64,000 nt of DNA from Octopus sinensis (GCF_006345805.1 NW_021834662.1:32971-96970), one strand, 5' to 3'; counted from the stretch's first letter, positions 44,544-58,657 are shown. Program-made: numbers and translations. Notes: generated by a model from the sequence alone, not told the origin.

Positions 44544-44986
44544 TTGATAGCTTTATCTCGTTCGAGTTTCACCCTTCAAAAATGATTATTTCACGTTCGA
44601 AGTTTCTAAGTTCTTATGACGTCAGCAATACACGCACACACGTACACACACACGAAAGTGTTTGTGAAAAATTACTTAATACAATTTTTAAGTATAAAAA
44701 GGGGTTTTAAAAGTTTTTAAAAACGTTATAAAATCATTTATCTGGATAACCTTTTTTGGAAGAAATTTGTTTCCTAGGAAAAAAAAAACTTCTTCCAGAA
44801 AAGGTTAGTAACATTCTGATTAAAGATTTTATAACATAAAAAACCAAAAAAATTTTAAACAACCAGCTTTATATGTGTGTATATGTGTGAGGATGATCCG
44901 GTTCTTGACTGAAGATTAAAGGCTTCGAATGACCCGTCCGTTTTTGTATCGTCTATTTGAATGTTTTGCGTTCTTGTCCCATTTTG

Positions 44987-45018
<32 letters not shown>

Positions 45019-45019
<1 letters not shown>

Positions 45020-46570
45020 CCTTAAATCCTTAAAAATGTTTTAACCCGAAGGCCGCGGCCATGCTGGGGCACCACCGCTGAATGAGCTACACTAATATGT
45101 GAATCCACCTCTGATACGTGGCACTTGATCAACAAGGGAGTTCGATGCTGCTGCCCGCATCTGTGTTTCCTACCGTGAGGTAGGTTCATCTGGGACTCCC
45201 GACAAGAAGAGATCCAATTTAGTTTTAAAGAAACCTACATCCACACCATGCAAGTCTCTCAGGCATTTAGGGAGGATGTTAAAGAGCTGTGGTCCTCTGA
45301 AACCCAAGCTGTCGCAGTATCTGGTCCTGTATTTTGATGGTGATGTTGGAATCTTTGGCACCATGCAGTGGCGCCCCGTTCTGCGGTTGGGGTAACTTTG
45401 AATGCCAAATTTTGGGACAAGACCTTCCAGGATTTTCCAGATGTATATCACCGCATATCTCTCCCGCCTCCGCTCTAGGGAGAAGAGGATTAATACTTTC
45501 AGTCTTTCCCAGTAGCTGATATTTTTCATTGAGAGGATTTTCTTTGTGTAGCTTCTCTGAATTGCTTCGAGTTCTGCTGTTAGTTTTATATTGTGTGGTG
45601 ACCATAGTCGGGAGCAGTAGTCCAAGCGGCTGAAGACGAATGTTTTCCATAGGACCATCAGTGTCTCCTTCTCTCTTGTTCTGAAAGTTCGGAGAATCCA
45701 TCAAGCTAGCCGTCTGCATTTTATCACCAGATTAGTAATATGCACTTGGAAAGATGCATCATTGCTCATGTCAGTGCCTAGGTCACGCACTGATTTTGAC
45801 TCAGGGATTGCAATTCTTCCTGGGCCAGTGTATCCAGTCTGCACGTCGTTTATCTTTGTGTGCCGGTAGCGCAGGGCCTGGAGCTTACCTGCATTAAACT
45901 GCATGTTGTTGTCCTCCGCCCACCTGTATATTTTATCCAACTCCTGTTGCAGATGCGCAATATTTTCAGGGTTTTGTATTGTGTGGGAGACTTTTGTGTC
46001 ATCTACATAGCTAGTAAGAGTGGCCACCGTAGCAACTGAAGGCATGTCAGAAAGGGCCGCCACTATGAACAGCAGTGGCAGATCATACCATGGTCGACTT
46101 TATCAAAGGCTTTTGCAAAGTCGAGATATATTACATCCACATTTGAGCCATTTAGTAGCTGTTTTAACACCCAGTCATAGTGTTGCAGGAGCTGTGTTAG
46201 GCAGCTTCTACCTGGTCGAAATCCATGCTAGGTGTCAGACAGCAAGGAACATGATTAGTTTCTTGCGGACTATTCGTTCCATGACTTTGCTGATGTGTGA
46301 GGTCAGAGAGATAGGCCTATAATTTTTAGCATCTGCTCTGCTACCTCCCTTATGGATAGGGCATATTACCCCCTCTTTCAATTTGACTGGGAGCTTACCA
46401 CTTGCAAGAAAGCTCTGAAAAAGAAGCTGTAGCGGTTTTGCAAGGGCTCGTTTGCACGATTTGAGAAGGATCGCTGGAAATCCATCAGGTCCAGCAGCTG
46501 AGTTTGTGTCAATCTCATCTATGGCTAGTGTGACATCATCATCTTCAATGTTGATGTACTCAATTCGCTT
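45019..46570 (-). mobile_element. CR1-group LINE, 5'-truncated and internally deleted; diverged relative of the 7148 copy
   Basis: YVDDTKV, LDYCSRLWSP, LERRRER, SGVPDEPT. A deletion near 46080 joins DKVDHGMIC to PLLFIV. 3' tail ggtgccccagcatggccgc. Confidence 0.93.
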
Positions 46571-47612
46571 CGAAGTTTCGGCCAGTTAAGCAGTTGTCGG
46601 ACTGCAGTCAAACGATGTCTAAACTGACTGAAACTTCGAAGTCACTGTCAATAACTTAACCCATCAGATTCATGCAAAATTGCCTTTATTATAACTCATC
46701 ATAAAAACAAGCATTGACATATGTGTGTGTATATATATATGTACATATATGCATGCATATATGTATATATGTATATATATGTATGTATATATATATATGT
46801 GTGTGCGCGCGTGTATATATATATAAATATATATATATTGCAACAAGTCATAAGAGGCGGCAATATGACGTAATGTTCGTTTGTCCTAACAAGCATAATT
46901 GTTGGTATCCCATTAGTTAAAATTACTGGCCATATACGAATTCTAAACCTCCGTCAAAGAAATCTTTCACGAAATACGGCTCATAGAATTCGGATATGAG
47001 CAGTTATAAAAACCCTGCTTTTGGGGAAATTAATAAGTGTTCGTAGGATGTTACTAAACTCCACGACACTCACTCATTGAGATATTGGCTATTTTTTTTA
47101 TGCCATGTCTATGATAAAAATCCAACAAGAATTTGAATTGTAAACTCTTGTAGTTAGTATGAAGGATTAGCTAGTGTGAATTTTAAATCGTAATTCTCTA
47201 CGACAAAATGACTTTACTTTCCAATTGTACTATAAATGCTAAATGTACATAAATAAACTAATGTAGTAATTATTTTGTCTTTCTTCACGTTCTTCAGCTT
47301 GTTAATGAAATTTATTTCTGCAATTATGAAACTGTGTATTTTTTTTATAGCAGTTGAAAGAACACGAATATATTTATCTTCAACATACTTGCACGCATAA
47401 AATGTCCATTAGCGTTTCAGAGAATATATTTCTCGCTATGGCATTTATGTAGCTGGAGTCAGGATTTATGTATAATGGTAACACTTATAAGTAAGTCATA
47501 AGTGATGTGTATATCAATATATATTCCTACTTCAACAGTAAAATATATTTATTATCTATTCCAAATAGGAAACATATAAAAGTAGTGTTACGCAAACAAT
47601 AACCAAACCGAG

Positions 47613-47651
<39 letters not shown>

Positions 47652-48017
47652 TACATATATACATATATATACACAAATATATGTATATATATATATATAA
47701 TATATATATATATACATATATATACACAAATATATGTATATATATGTAATTAAATAATGAGGGTAGAATGTGATATCAATCAATTAACATCAATTTAAAC
47801 CAGTGGTCTATCATATTAAAAAAAATCCGAAGATTTGAAAATTATATTACAATTAATTAGAGGAATGACCACTAAAGTGGATTCCTATATGCTAAAGATA
47901 GACGTCAAATCGCCTTACCACGAAGAGTGTGTTCTTAAGGAAAGAAAATATCAGCAAACGCCACAATGTAAAAAATAAGTTAGACAGATGAAAATATACA
48001 AAATAAAACGATTACCA

Positions 48018-48077
48018 ACGTATCATGATTTCGTTATTAACACTTACAAAATGCAAGTATCTTTATCTCCTCAACGT
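48018..48077 (-). ncRNA. Degenerate hammerhead motif within inverted-repeat element 47780-48330
   Basis: acg TTGAGGA g ... c GAAA tcatga TA cgt. Stem III is palindromic and stem II is eroded. Confidence 0.5.
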
Positions 48078-48345
48078 AGCCTGTCGTATTTCAAAACTTA
48101 TTTCACAGAACTATACACAGAATCGTTCACCTGAAAGAAAACTCATGTACAGTTCTGCAAAATATATTTGTTTATTTTGTACATTTTCAGTTGTCGAACT
48201 TATTTTTTACATTCTGGCGTTTACTGAGTTTTTTTTCATGAGAAAACACTCTTCTCAGTAAGGCGATTTGACGTCTATCTTTAGCATATAGGAATCCACT
48301 TTAGTTGTCATTCCTCTTATTAATTGTAACATATATATGTATATA

Positions 48346-48419
<74 letters not shown>

Positions 48420-48420
<1 letters not shown>

Positions 48421-48690
48421 TTTTAAAATAGTATGCGTTTAAACACAAAGAAAACTACCCATCAGCAGGTAATTTTTACATGCTAGAAATAGCAGCCAAC
48501 ACGGCCAAAACCACGATTTAATAGCAATATTCGAAGTAAATGAAAGATAAAAACTTTTACCTTATTATTTAGCGGTTATACCATGGTGATATTTCTAACG
48601 GTTATACCATTGGCTGCTATTTCTAGCATGTAAAAATTACCTCTTAAAGGGTAGTTTTCTTTTGTGTTTATTGTACACTATTTTAAAATA
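48420..48690. repeat. ~80-bp inverted repeat element in a TA tract
   Basis: 48420-48499 is a reverse complement of 48611-48690. Confidence 0.75.
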
Positions 48691-48770
48691 TGAATATGTT
48701 GTCTATTGACTATTTATACATGCTAGGCCACTGGTGGTTATATTTATAACGAATATTCGCAACCCTATAG

Positions 48771-48809
<39 letters not shown>

Positions 48810-50057
48810 GTGTGTGTGTGTGTGTATGTATGTTTGTATGTATATATATATGTATATACATGTGTGTGTTTGTGTATTTATTAGCCTGTTTGTGTTACAA
48901 ACAATATGAATGTGACTGCAAATGATTGTGTCTTCGATTTTGTTCCATAATTTGTTAGTGAATTGTCTTAGGAATATTACAAATGATGCTGCGTATGTCA
49001 TAGATTATGCGTTTGATGAACTTCTGTAAGGAAAAATTACATAAAAGATCGGAGCAGAATAATAGCGCAGAAAATATTACGTATGAAAGCAATCTGATAC
49101 AAAACAGGAAATAATGTTAGTGACAAGACGATAACTGTTTGACGAAATTTTTTCGCATTTTATAATACAGAAATATTATCACAAAATAAAACAAAGGCAA
49201 ATAACAGTATAATATGAGTTTTTAAATTTACCAAATGAAAACAGACATCGAAAGAAAAAGATGGCAGACGAACAGAGTTAAAGATACAAACATTATGTAT
49301 TATATACTCATTGTTAAGGAAAAGAATGACGCTTAACAAAACGTCTGCTGTTTTTCTTCATTTCTTATTCTTTCTAGTTTTTCTTCCATCAAGATATTCT
49401 CCAGTCACGGGATTTCTGTCAGTGAAAATTCCTTCAAAAGTCCATTCTGCAACATGCTATAGACCCTATGTGTTAAACGCTGAAGGGCAGCCAGAAATTC
49501 CTTGTGTGTATGTGTGTGTGTAAGTGTGTTTTAATGGCTTCGTATTTTTTGGCCCAAGGCCATCAGTTCTTGAGGGGAGGTGAAGTCGATTAGATCAATC
49601 ACCAGTATTTGGCTGTAGTTTTTATTTTATCAATCCCAAAAGGACGAAAGGCAGAATCGACATCGTCAGAATTTGATCATCGTCAGAATGTAAAGACGGA
49701 CGAAATGCCGCTAAGCATTTTGGCCGGCGAGCTAGCGGTTCTGCCAACTCACCGTCTTAACACACACACACAAATAATATGTGTGCGTGTACGCGCACGC
49801 GTCTGTGTGTGTGTATAAATATATAACGATTGTTGTAAGTCTTTTACAATAAACATTGCGTGCTTGACTGTATGTCTGTGTCTTTATATGCACAAAAAAT
49901 GTGTCGTCGAAGGGCAATCACGTGCTAGTTTGTTAGGCTCCTCAAAGCTGAGTCCTTTTCAGTTTTTTAACAACAACTTACTTAGTTTGAGAAATGCTGA
50001 AGCACCGCAGAGTCATTCGCAGCGAAATGCGACTGTAATAACAGTTCTTACATGTAC

Positions 50058-50088
<31 letters not shown>

Positions 50089-50609
50089 CTCTATTCACCC
50101 GAAGACGTGCATGTGTACAGCTGTTGTTGGATGAATACTGTGTCTAATATATGTAATTTCCGGTAATTACCAGTTGATATTGATGCGCCGAAGCAACTGT
50201 CCTAATTTATAATAAAGCCTGTTCAATCCACCTTCTTATATATACATATAGATGTACTAATAAAGATACATGCATACATATGTCTGGTCATGTTTGTACA
50301 TTGTATGTATGCACCTACTCAAAAGTATAATTTATTCCATGCGAGACGCTTCTTTCACTGAAATTGGCAGGCATCGCCCCTTACCAATGTCTCCCTAACG
50401 AATGGCATGTCTATCATTTATCTCCGCTTCTTGTGAGGTCAAAATGCAAACACAGAAAATTACAAATACCCTTCGGCTAGTAAAAATCTAATCACTGTGT
50501 ATTTACATCTAGCTTCCGTATGTGAGTTTGAACGTATACGTAGGTCTCTGCGACCGGGAACATGCGTTTATGAAATTCGTTTTTATGCATATAACCGTCA
50601 TAATGCAGT

Positions 50610-52085
50610 CTAACCTTTGCCGTGTAAATGATGAAAATCCGAAGCGATTGTCTGTAAGTTCTCCCAGCTCAAAGTTTTCACACCACGGACCTTTGTGCCA
50701 CCGGCTGACTCCTTGTCACTGACAACATCAGTCATGAACGAGATGTATGTTATAGCTAAACGCAGAGTTTCAATACGGGACAGCCTCTTCTCGTAGGCGA
50801 ACGTTGGCACCCGCTTTCGCAATGTATCAAATGCTTCGTTCAAATTAAACATCCGACGTCGTTCACGGATGTTGGCGGCACGCCTCTGTGCCACTGTCGG
50901 TATGCGTCGCCGCTTCGGTTTGCTTCCACCGTTAAAAATAACGTTGTGTGCCGCTGATGGTGAGCCACCGTTACCGTTGACGCCGACACCAGTGGCTGCG
51001 GCAGCGGCTGCCGCTACTGCCGCCGCCGCAGCAGCTGCCGCCGCCGCCGCCACGGACGCGGCGTTGTATTGTGCCGCATTAACCATTGATTCAGAATGGC
51101 GGACGGCGTGGGCTGCGGTGAGAGGATGCAGAAGGAGATGGTGGTGGTGGTGATGGTGTTGTTGCTGCTGCTGTTGTTGCTGGAGATGATGTTGCTGCTG
51201 TTGCTGCTGCTGCTGCTGTTGTTGCTGTATCTGATGGTGAAGGTGTATGTTATGTTGCTGTTGTTGTTGTTGCTGATGATGTTCAGAAGACGTAAGTAAC
51301 GGGGGTTGTTGTTGTTGTTGATCTTCAGTGTGTTGTTGTTGGTGGTGGTGTTGTGGGTTGTGGTGGCGGTTATGCTGTTGCTGATCTTGTCCCTGGTGTG
51401 ACTGATGCTGCTGCTGTTGCTGCCGCTGCTGCTGCTGCTGATGTTTCTGTTGACCGTAGACTCCAGCCTGGGCGTGGAAGTTAGCAGTGGACACTGGATA
51501 CAGAATAGAGCCACTCGTCATTTCCTGGTGTTGAGGCTGTTGCTGTTGTTGTTGTTGCTGCTGTTGATGATGATGATGATGGTGATGACTATGAGTAAGA
51601 GTAACAGGATGTGCTGGAGGAGGAGGAGGAGGAGCGGAAGCGTGAGGAGAAGCATTGAGTAGAGTTGGATGTAAGGGATGCTGCGTTTGCTGTGTGTGGG
51701 CTTGTTGCTGTTGTTGCTGCTGGTGATGAGGATGATGATGATGATGATCATGATGAGTAGGAAGCTGGTTATCCAGGCGCGTGTGAAGACAGTTCGAAGT
51801 ACTCCACAACCATTCTGTTGGTGTTAGTGTGTCGCTTCCAGAAGCAACTTCCGGTTCATTGTCATTATTATTCAGGGGTGCCTCAGCAGACGGCATGGTA
51901 GGACTATTATTATTATTGTTATTGGTGCTGTGGTTCCTGTTACTGTTGTTGTTCCTCTTATCGTCGTTGTTACTATTAATTGCACCGTTGATATTATTAT
52001 TATTATTATTGATGTTGCTGTCGTTCTCGTCGATGGAAGTTACACCAATGATACCGGAGGTTCCATAACCGGAACTGATCTGCAT
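50610..52085 (-). CDS. Fer3: Fer3 / FERD3L (NATO3, 48-related-3) class bHLH transcription factor, 491 aa
   Basis: Intact ORF. The b[56 protein letters not shown] carries the Fer3/FERD3L signature ([24 protein letters not shown]). The start codon and the last codons are uncertain because of possible splice sites at both ends. Confidence 0.92.
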   Translation of the reverse strand: MQISSGYGTSGIIGVTSIDENDSNINNNNNNINGAINSNNDDKRNNNSNRNHSTNNNNNNSPTMPSAEAPLNNNDNEPEVASGSDTLTPTEWLWSTSNCLHTRLDNQLPTHHDHHHHHPHHQQQQQQQAHTQQTQHPLHPTLLNASPHASAPPPPPPAHPVTLTHSHHHHHHHQQQQQQQQQQPQHQEMTSGSILYPVSTANFHAQAGVYGQQKHQQQQQRQQQQQHQSHQGQDQQQHNRHHNPQHHHQQQHTEDQQQQQPPLLTSSEHHQQQQQQQHNIHLHHQIQQQQQQQQQQQQHHLQQQQQQQQHHHHHHHLLLHPLTAAHAVRHSESMVNAAQYNAASVAAAAAAAAAAAVAAAAAAATGVGVNGNGGSPSAAHNVIFNGGSKPKRRRIPTVAQRRAANIRERRRMFNLNEAFDTLRKRVPTFAYEKRLSRIETLRLAITYISFMTDVVSDKESAGGTKVRGVKTLSWENLQTIASDFHHLHGKG

Positions 52086-52350
52086 ATCCGGTTTACTGCT
52101 GCAAGGGTACGCTTACTGAAAATAGAAAGAGGAATAGGTGTAACCCTTGTCATAAGCTGTATAATATGTTTCAAAAATGAAATCAATAAAATAAATTAAA
52201 ATTATGATCTGAGCAACCAATTTGATGACGAAATTATTAGTTCTAATACAACCAAAAGATAATCTAGCACTTCAATAAGGTTTATTAGATTTTAAATATC
52301 GTCATCTCTACATAAGATCCCCTTTTCGTTGCCATTATTTCGAACAGTTT

Positions 52351-52750
52351 AAAGCGGAGAGCTGGCAGAAACGTCAGCACGACGGTGAAATGCTTAGCGG
52401 TATTTTGTCTGCCGTTACGTTCTGAGTTAAAACTCCGCCGAGGTCTACTTTGCCTTTCATCCGTTCGGGGTCGATTAAATAAGTACCAGTTACGCACTGG
52501 GGTCGATGTAATCGACTTAATCCGTCTGTCTGTCCTTGTTTGTCCCCTCTGTGTTTAGCCCCTTGTGGACAGTAAAGAATTAGATATTTCGTCTGTTTTT
52601 ATGTTCTGAGTTTAAATTCTGCCGAGCTTGACTTTGTTTTTCATTCTTTCGGGGTTGATAAAATAAGTACCAGTTGAGTACTGGGGTCGATCTAATCGAC
52701 TGGCCCCCCTCTCTCAAAATGTTGGGCATTTTGCCTAGAGTAGAAAAGAT
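52351..52750 (+). mobile_element. tRNA-derived SINE, family A long form
   Basis: Duplicated core, as at 11461-11829. Confidence 0.85.
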
Positions 52751-54243
52751 TATTTTGAACATTTTGCATGCAAATATATATTTCCATTATAAATACGTGT
52801 GTGTGTGTGCGCGCGCGCGTATGCATGTTTGTGCATGAGTGTGTGTGTGTGTGCTTACGTGGGAGAGAGAATATGTATGTTTATGCATGAGTATGTTTAC
52901 GTGTTTGTGTTTGTATGCGTGTGTCCGTATGTTTTTGTTTGTGTGTGCGTGCATGTGTGTGTGTGTGTTTGATATCTGTATGCGCCTCTGCAAATATATG
53001 CGGGTCTGTACACCCAAGCTACATTGATGACAAAAGAAGTGAGTAGAGATTGAAGCCTTCCTTGAGAAAGACGGATGAACCGTATCACAGAATGTCAACG
53101 GCTGCACCGGAAAATATTCCAAAATATCCGGAAGAAACACAGAAACAGAAGATTTAATTCAACCACGAATAAGTATCAGAATGAAGCAAAAAGTCGAAAG
53201 ACAAACCAAAAGAGCGGACTACGCAATCAGAACAACATAACGATGAATCAAGTTTTCTCTGTTGAGTTCTTGCTGTTTGACGAAAATAAGTATCAGCCAA
53301 GCGCTGATGCTTATTTGCCAATACCTGTTTCTTTACTATTCACGAGGGGCTAAACATAGAGGGGGAAAAACAAGGACAGACAAACGGATTAAGTCGATTA
53401 CATCGACCCCAGTGCGTAACTGGTTCTTAATTTATCGATCCCGAAAGGATGAAAGGCAAAATCGACCTCGGCGGAATTTGAACTCAGAACGTAGCGACGG
53501 GCGAAATACCGCGAAGCACTTCGCCCGGCGTGCTAACGTCTCTGCCAGCTCGCCTCTTTGCCTATATCTGTCATGTCCTCTATGTTCTGCTTCGTCAATG
53601 CTGCAAGGACCGGACGAGTGTCTATATATGCTTACAACTAGATTGTAGTATGGTCGTAGTAGTGTGCGATTTATGGTACATATTTATCCTGCTTCTCAGA
53701 TTTCTGGTCAAAGTGACTTAGTTGGTGACTCAGATGTATTTTTAAGGAAATACATTGATTTGCAGAAATATTTCAGAAAAAGCTTATCTCCCTTGCAATG
53801 AAAAGTCAATGAGAAATTCTTTTATACCATTCCGGTCGATTTCGTAATGGTGCACTAGAAAACAGCATCTGTGTGGACAATTACAAACGACATTCAGTGA
53901 CTGACAAGATCCCTACACAGGATTGAAACTCATCTGGTTGACCCATCTCCTGCCGTCCAGGAAGTTATTGTACAAAAATACAAAATATTTACATTCGTAC
54001 ATTAACACACAGAGTTGGTTAAAAATCTATAGATATATTAGGTCGTAAAGTATGTACACACACGTACATACGTATATATATATATGGGTGAAAAGGAACA
54101 CACGAGTTGATATATATGAAAAGACAAGTCAAGATAGAAAATGCTAAAATAATTTTATAAATCGCATTTCAGTACCGGTTTAAAAAAACTTTTCTTTTAA
54201 TTTTTCTAAATTAATTTTTCTAAATTGAATTATTCAATCGTTA

Positions 54244-54281
54244 CAGTTGAAAAGGTCTCAAAATGACCGAAACCGGTACTG
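54244..54281 (+). ncRNA. Minimal hammerhead ribozyme, U3-A8 variant, in inverted-repeat element 54117-54334
   Basis: cag TTGAAAA ggtc tcaaaat gacc GAAA ccgg TA ctg. Confidence 0.72.
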
Positions 54282-55944
54282 AAATGTTCTTTATAAAATT
54301 ATTTTAGTATTTTCTATCTTGACTTGTTTTTTCATATATATATATATATATATATACATATATTATGTGTGTGTGTGTGTGTGTGTGTGTATTTGTATGT
54401 GTGTGTATGAATTTATATCTGCTTCTTTATTACCCACAAGGGGCTAAACAAAGAGAGGACAAACAAGGACAGGCAAACGTATAAAGTCGATTATATCGAC
54501 CCCAGTGCATAACTGGTACTTAATTTATTGACCCCGAAAGGATGAAAGGCAAAGTCGAACTCAGAACGTATCGGCACACGAAATACCGCTAAGCATTTCG
54601 CTCGGCGTGCTAACGGTTCTGCCAGCTCGCCACCTTGCATGAATTTATATCTTCAAGTGCCAATCCCACTATCAAATTCGGTGATGAAGCTAAAACTACT
54701 ATATTTTCTACCACCGACCCGTCCAATTCCTCCTTTCTCCCACTCCCCTATTTCTATTTTTATTTACTTATTTATCATTCTTTCTCTTCTTTCTTCCCTT
54801 CTTCTATTACTCATTTCTTCCCTCATTTCTACACCCCTCACACACTATGCCCTCCACACATTCTGATTGAATCTTTGTGTCAACATGTGCCTCCTTGCGA
54901 CAATGTAGCCTTTAATCTAATTAAGATGGTATACATGCATACATACATACATGCATACATACATACATACTACATACATACATACATACATACATACATA
55001 CATACACACATACATATAATATAATATGAATAATATATATATATATGTGAATATATACATACGTAGATGCATATACTTACATCTATACGTATATATTTAT
55101 GCATATGTGGGCACAGGCCCTCACGAAACGTGTACAACAAAAAAGTACGAAGTACGAGTACATGAAATATGAACTATTCTTTCGAACAACGAAAGACAAA
55201 ATGGAAAACAAAACAAACAACATAAAACCGGCCCTTCATCAGTTGTTGGCGGTTTTTCTAGTCTCGTATTTAGAGCATTTAACAACAATATACGCTTTCG
55301 ATAAAACAGTTGCTCCCGCAAAGAAAATTAAATAAAATTTGGGATTTTGCAGAGGGTCAAAATAGGTAACACAAAAGGACAGTGAAAACAAACATGAAGA
55401 GCTGCTAAGCCCAAAGGAGGTTGTGGTGGTGATCGCGTAAATCAAGCTAGGACAGGAGACAGACATGAACACGTCTACCTTGTTCCAGCTACAACGGAAA
55501 GAAAGAAAGAAAGATGGCCGATGGTCACGTGGGAGTCACATGAGCAAGGGAGGAGGAATGAGGGAGAGAGAGTGACAGAGTAATAGGACAGAATAGTAGG
55601 AGAAGAGGAGGTAAAAGAATAAGAGAGAGAAAAAGAGAGAAAACGAAAGAGTAAAAATATCGTATAGAGTGTACAGTCACTATACACTGGTTTGATATTA
55701 CTTCAATGAATATATTGTAAAATAACATAAGGTTTCAAATATTTTTTTTACTCACAAGGTTTGGATCGAAAGGAGACAGTAGAAAGGGTATTCACCCAAG
55801 TTGTTGGGTAATGGGATCGAATGAGGGAGATGACGGTTGCGAAGCAGAATTCCTAACCACTTGGACATACTGTACCGATATACACTCGCATACAAACATG
55901 CATACATACATGCATACATATATGCATGCATGCATACATACGTG

Positions 55945-56620
55945 TTCGTTTGCAATCCAGGAACAGGAAATATGAACCAATTATCTGATGCACAAAATGT
56001 ATAGAGATGCAGGAAAAGCCATAAAATGTGACAACCGATGCAGACTTTGTGGAGTTCACACTGAAGATATTACCCACTTCATAAGCAGTTGTCCGAAAAT
56101 GTCATCACGGTATTATCTACCGGTGAGACATGACGTTGTAGCTAGGACACTTATAATGAAATCCGTCGTAAGGATAATCCCGAGGACAAAGAAATAAAAC
56201 TCCACAATATGGTAGAAGCCAAGAAAAGGAATACTGGTGGAACGTCCCAGTGAATACCTCAGTAAAATGTAAGCACAATAGACCTGATATAATGATTTGG
56301 AATAGAGAAGGGAAACTGTGAACAGTTGTGGAAATTAGCTGCCCAGCGGATGTTAACGTAAAGCTGAAGATCGGTGGAAAAGGGAACACTATACCGAACT
56401 ATTGAGAAACCTGTAGTTACTCTCTCCAGATTACGAGTTCAGGTTCATACCTGTAATTATTGGGGCCCTGAGATATGTAATACCCTGCCTAAATACCAAC
56501 TTTGAGAAATCAGGGTTCTGAATATCAGAAAAGAGAAAGCTAATTCAAAAACTACAGATCCAATCCATCGCTGGAACTGTAAACATCTGTAAAACTTTCC
56601 AAGAATTTATTATTCAAATA
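55945..56620 (+). pseudogene. 3' fragment of a restriction-like-endonuclease non-LTR retrotransposon (R4/Dong-like)
   Basis: AIQEQEI...CRLCGVHTEDITHFISSC (CCHC knuckle), RHDVVA, YWWNVPV..HNRPDIMIW..VVEISCP (PD-D/E motif). Contains stops and frameshifts. Confidence 0.85.
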
Positions 56621-56876
56621 TATATATGAGTATGTCTAGATATGTAACTATATGCATGAGAATATATATATGAAGCAAAACATACAAATATGCGCACATA
56701 CATACATACAAACAAAAATACCCAGTTGTTGATGTTGAAATTCCAATGAAGGTGTCTTAGCTCTAGGTTAGAAACTGGTTCATTCTCTATTGGCAAGAAA
56801 TCTTGAAATAAAACTGAACAATGACATACATACATACAATGATACCTATGTGCATGTATACACTCACACACACACG

Positions 56877-56930
<54 letters not shown>

Positions 56931-57382
56931 TATATAAATATATATATGCACATGTGTGTGTATGCACACGCACTCTCACGCACACGCAAACACATTCTCA
57001 CATATGTATACATGAATGAAAGAGAGAGAGGGAGAGGGAGAGAGAGAAAGAGAGAGAGAGATGAATACGATGCTTATTAAACATTTTTATATTCTTGCAT
57101 AAACTTTCTTAATCATTCACAGAGAGGAACAGGCGCACACATGCGGATGCTTATGTGTATACGAACTGACGGACAGACAGGCAACTAGATAGTTGGCTGG
57201 CTAGTTAGATACATACGTACACAAATGCATACTTACACACACACACACACACACACATACATACATACATAAACATACATTCATATATGCATACATAGAG
57301 ACAGTGAAGTAGACAGACAAAAAGATGAACTGATAGATATATAGAGAGATAAAGAGATAGAGTGATAGATAGACAGACAGAC

Positions 57383-57465
<83 letters not shown>

Positions 57466-57648
57466 CAGAGAGATAGACAGAGAAATGAGTTAAGTAAATA
57501 GTTAGACACCTAGCAACCAGTAGGAACATTTATGACAATAGATTGGTAGATAAGAAAACATATCTGTAAAGGTGTTCTAGATGCCCACAGACACTCAGAC
57601 TTAGAGGTAAATTAATCAATGTACACATATACAGAGGTTTATATATAT

Positions 57649-57684
<36 letters not shown>

Positions 57685-58157
57685 ATATTTGCAAACAAAC
57701 GAGAAAGCTTTGTAAGTTGCGGAGATAGAGTGACTACGCAAGTCAATTAGTACAATTCCGAATGGGCCAAATGCTCACCCATCAATTCAGCCAAAATTTA
57801 TGAAACCATATACTTCATCTGTCCAATACTACATAAAATAATTGTAAATAAATCAGCACTCCGTTACTTACAAAGTTAGAGTATATATGGAGAGTTAGAG
57901 TATATATTGATAATATGTGGCAGAAATTGATGGGTGAACGTTTGACCCAATTGGACGCGCAAAGAGCCGCGTGAACGTTGATGTATGTGTTCGATTCTTG
58001 GTCTAGGTTAGCTCATCATTTTCCAGTCAATTGTTTATATATAAATGTCGTTTAAAATCGGAGTATATATATTATTATTACATACTTTCATTGTGTGTAT
58101 ATATATTTACATAGATAGATAGATAGATAGATAGATAGATTATAGATAGATAGATAG

Positions 58158-58190
<33 letters not shown>

Positions 58191-58195
58191 ATATA

Positions 58196-58269
<74 letters not shown>

Positions 58270-58657
58270 ATATATATAATATATATATATATTATAATAT
58301 ATGATGGGACTATTTCACGAATGATGTATATATTTCATTACCTTTTACATGTTCATTAATGCTAGGGCACTATTTTTTTTAAGCCTAGTAACTATTCTAT
58401 CAGTCCCTAGTTATCAGGGACATAATCAAACAAACAACGGTTGTCTAGCGTTGGTGGGGGACAAACTCACACAGATATACGAGATTATGGCTGAAGACAC
58501 CAAGGTACCACGCAGTGAACAGAGCCCCGAAGCACGCGACTGAAATGCAAACCTCTTACCGCACGAACACATACCCACGCGCCTTGTATATACATACATA
58601 ATCTTCTCTTCAAATATTAAAACTGTATCAAGGAATTTCCAAAATACTCCAAGTACT

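Noticed and set aside
50869-52199. Plus-strand and alternative-frame ORFs over the bHLH gene
   Set aside because: Shadow ORFs caused by trinucleotide repeats.
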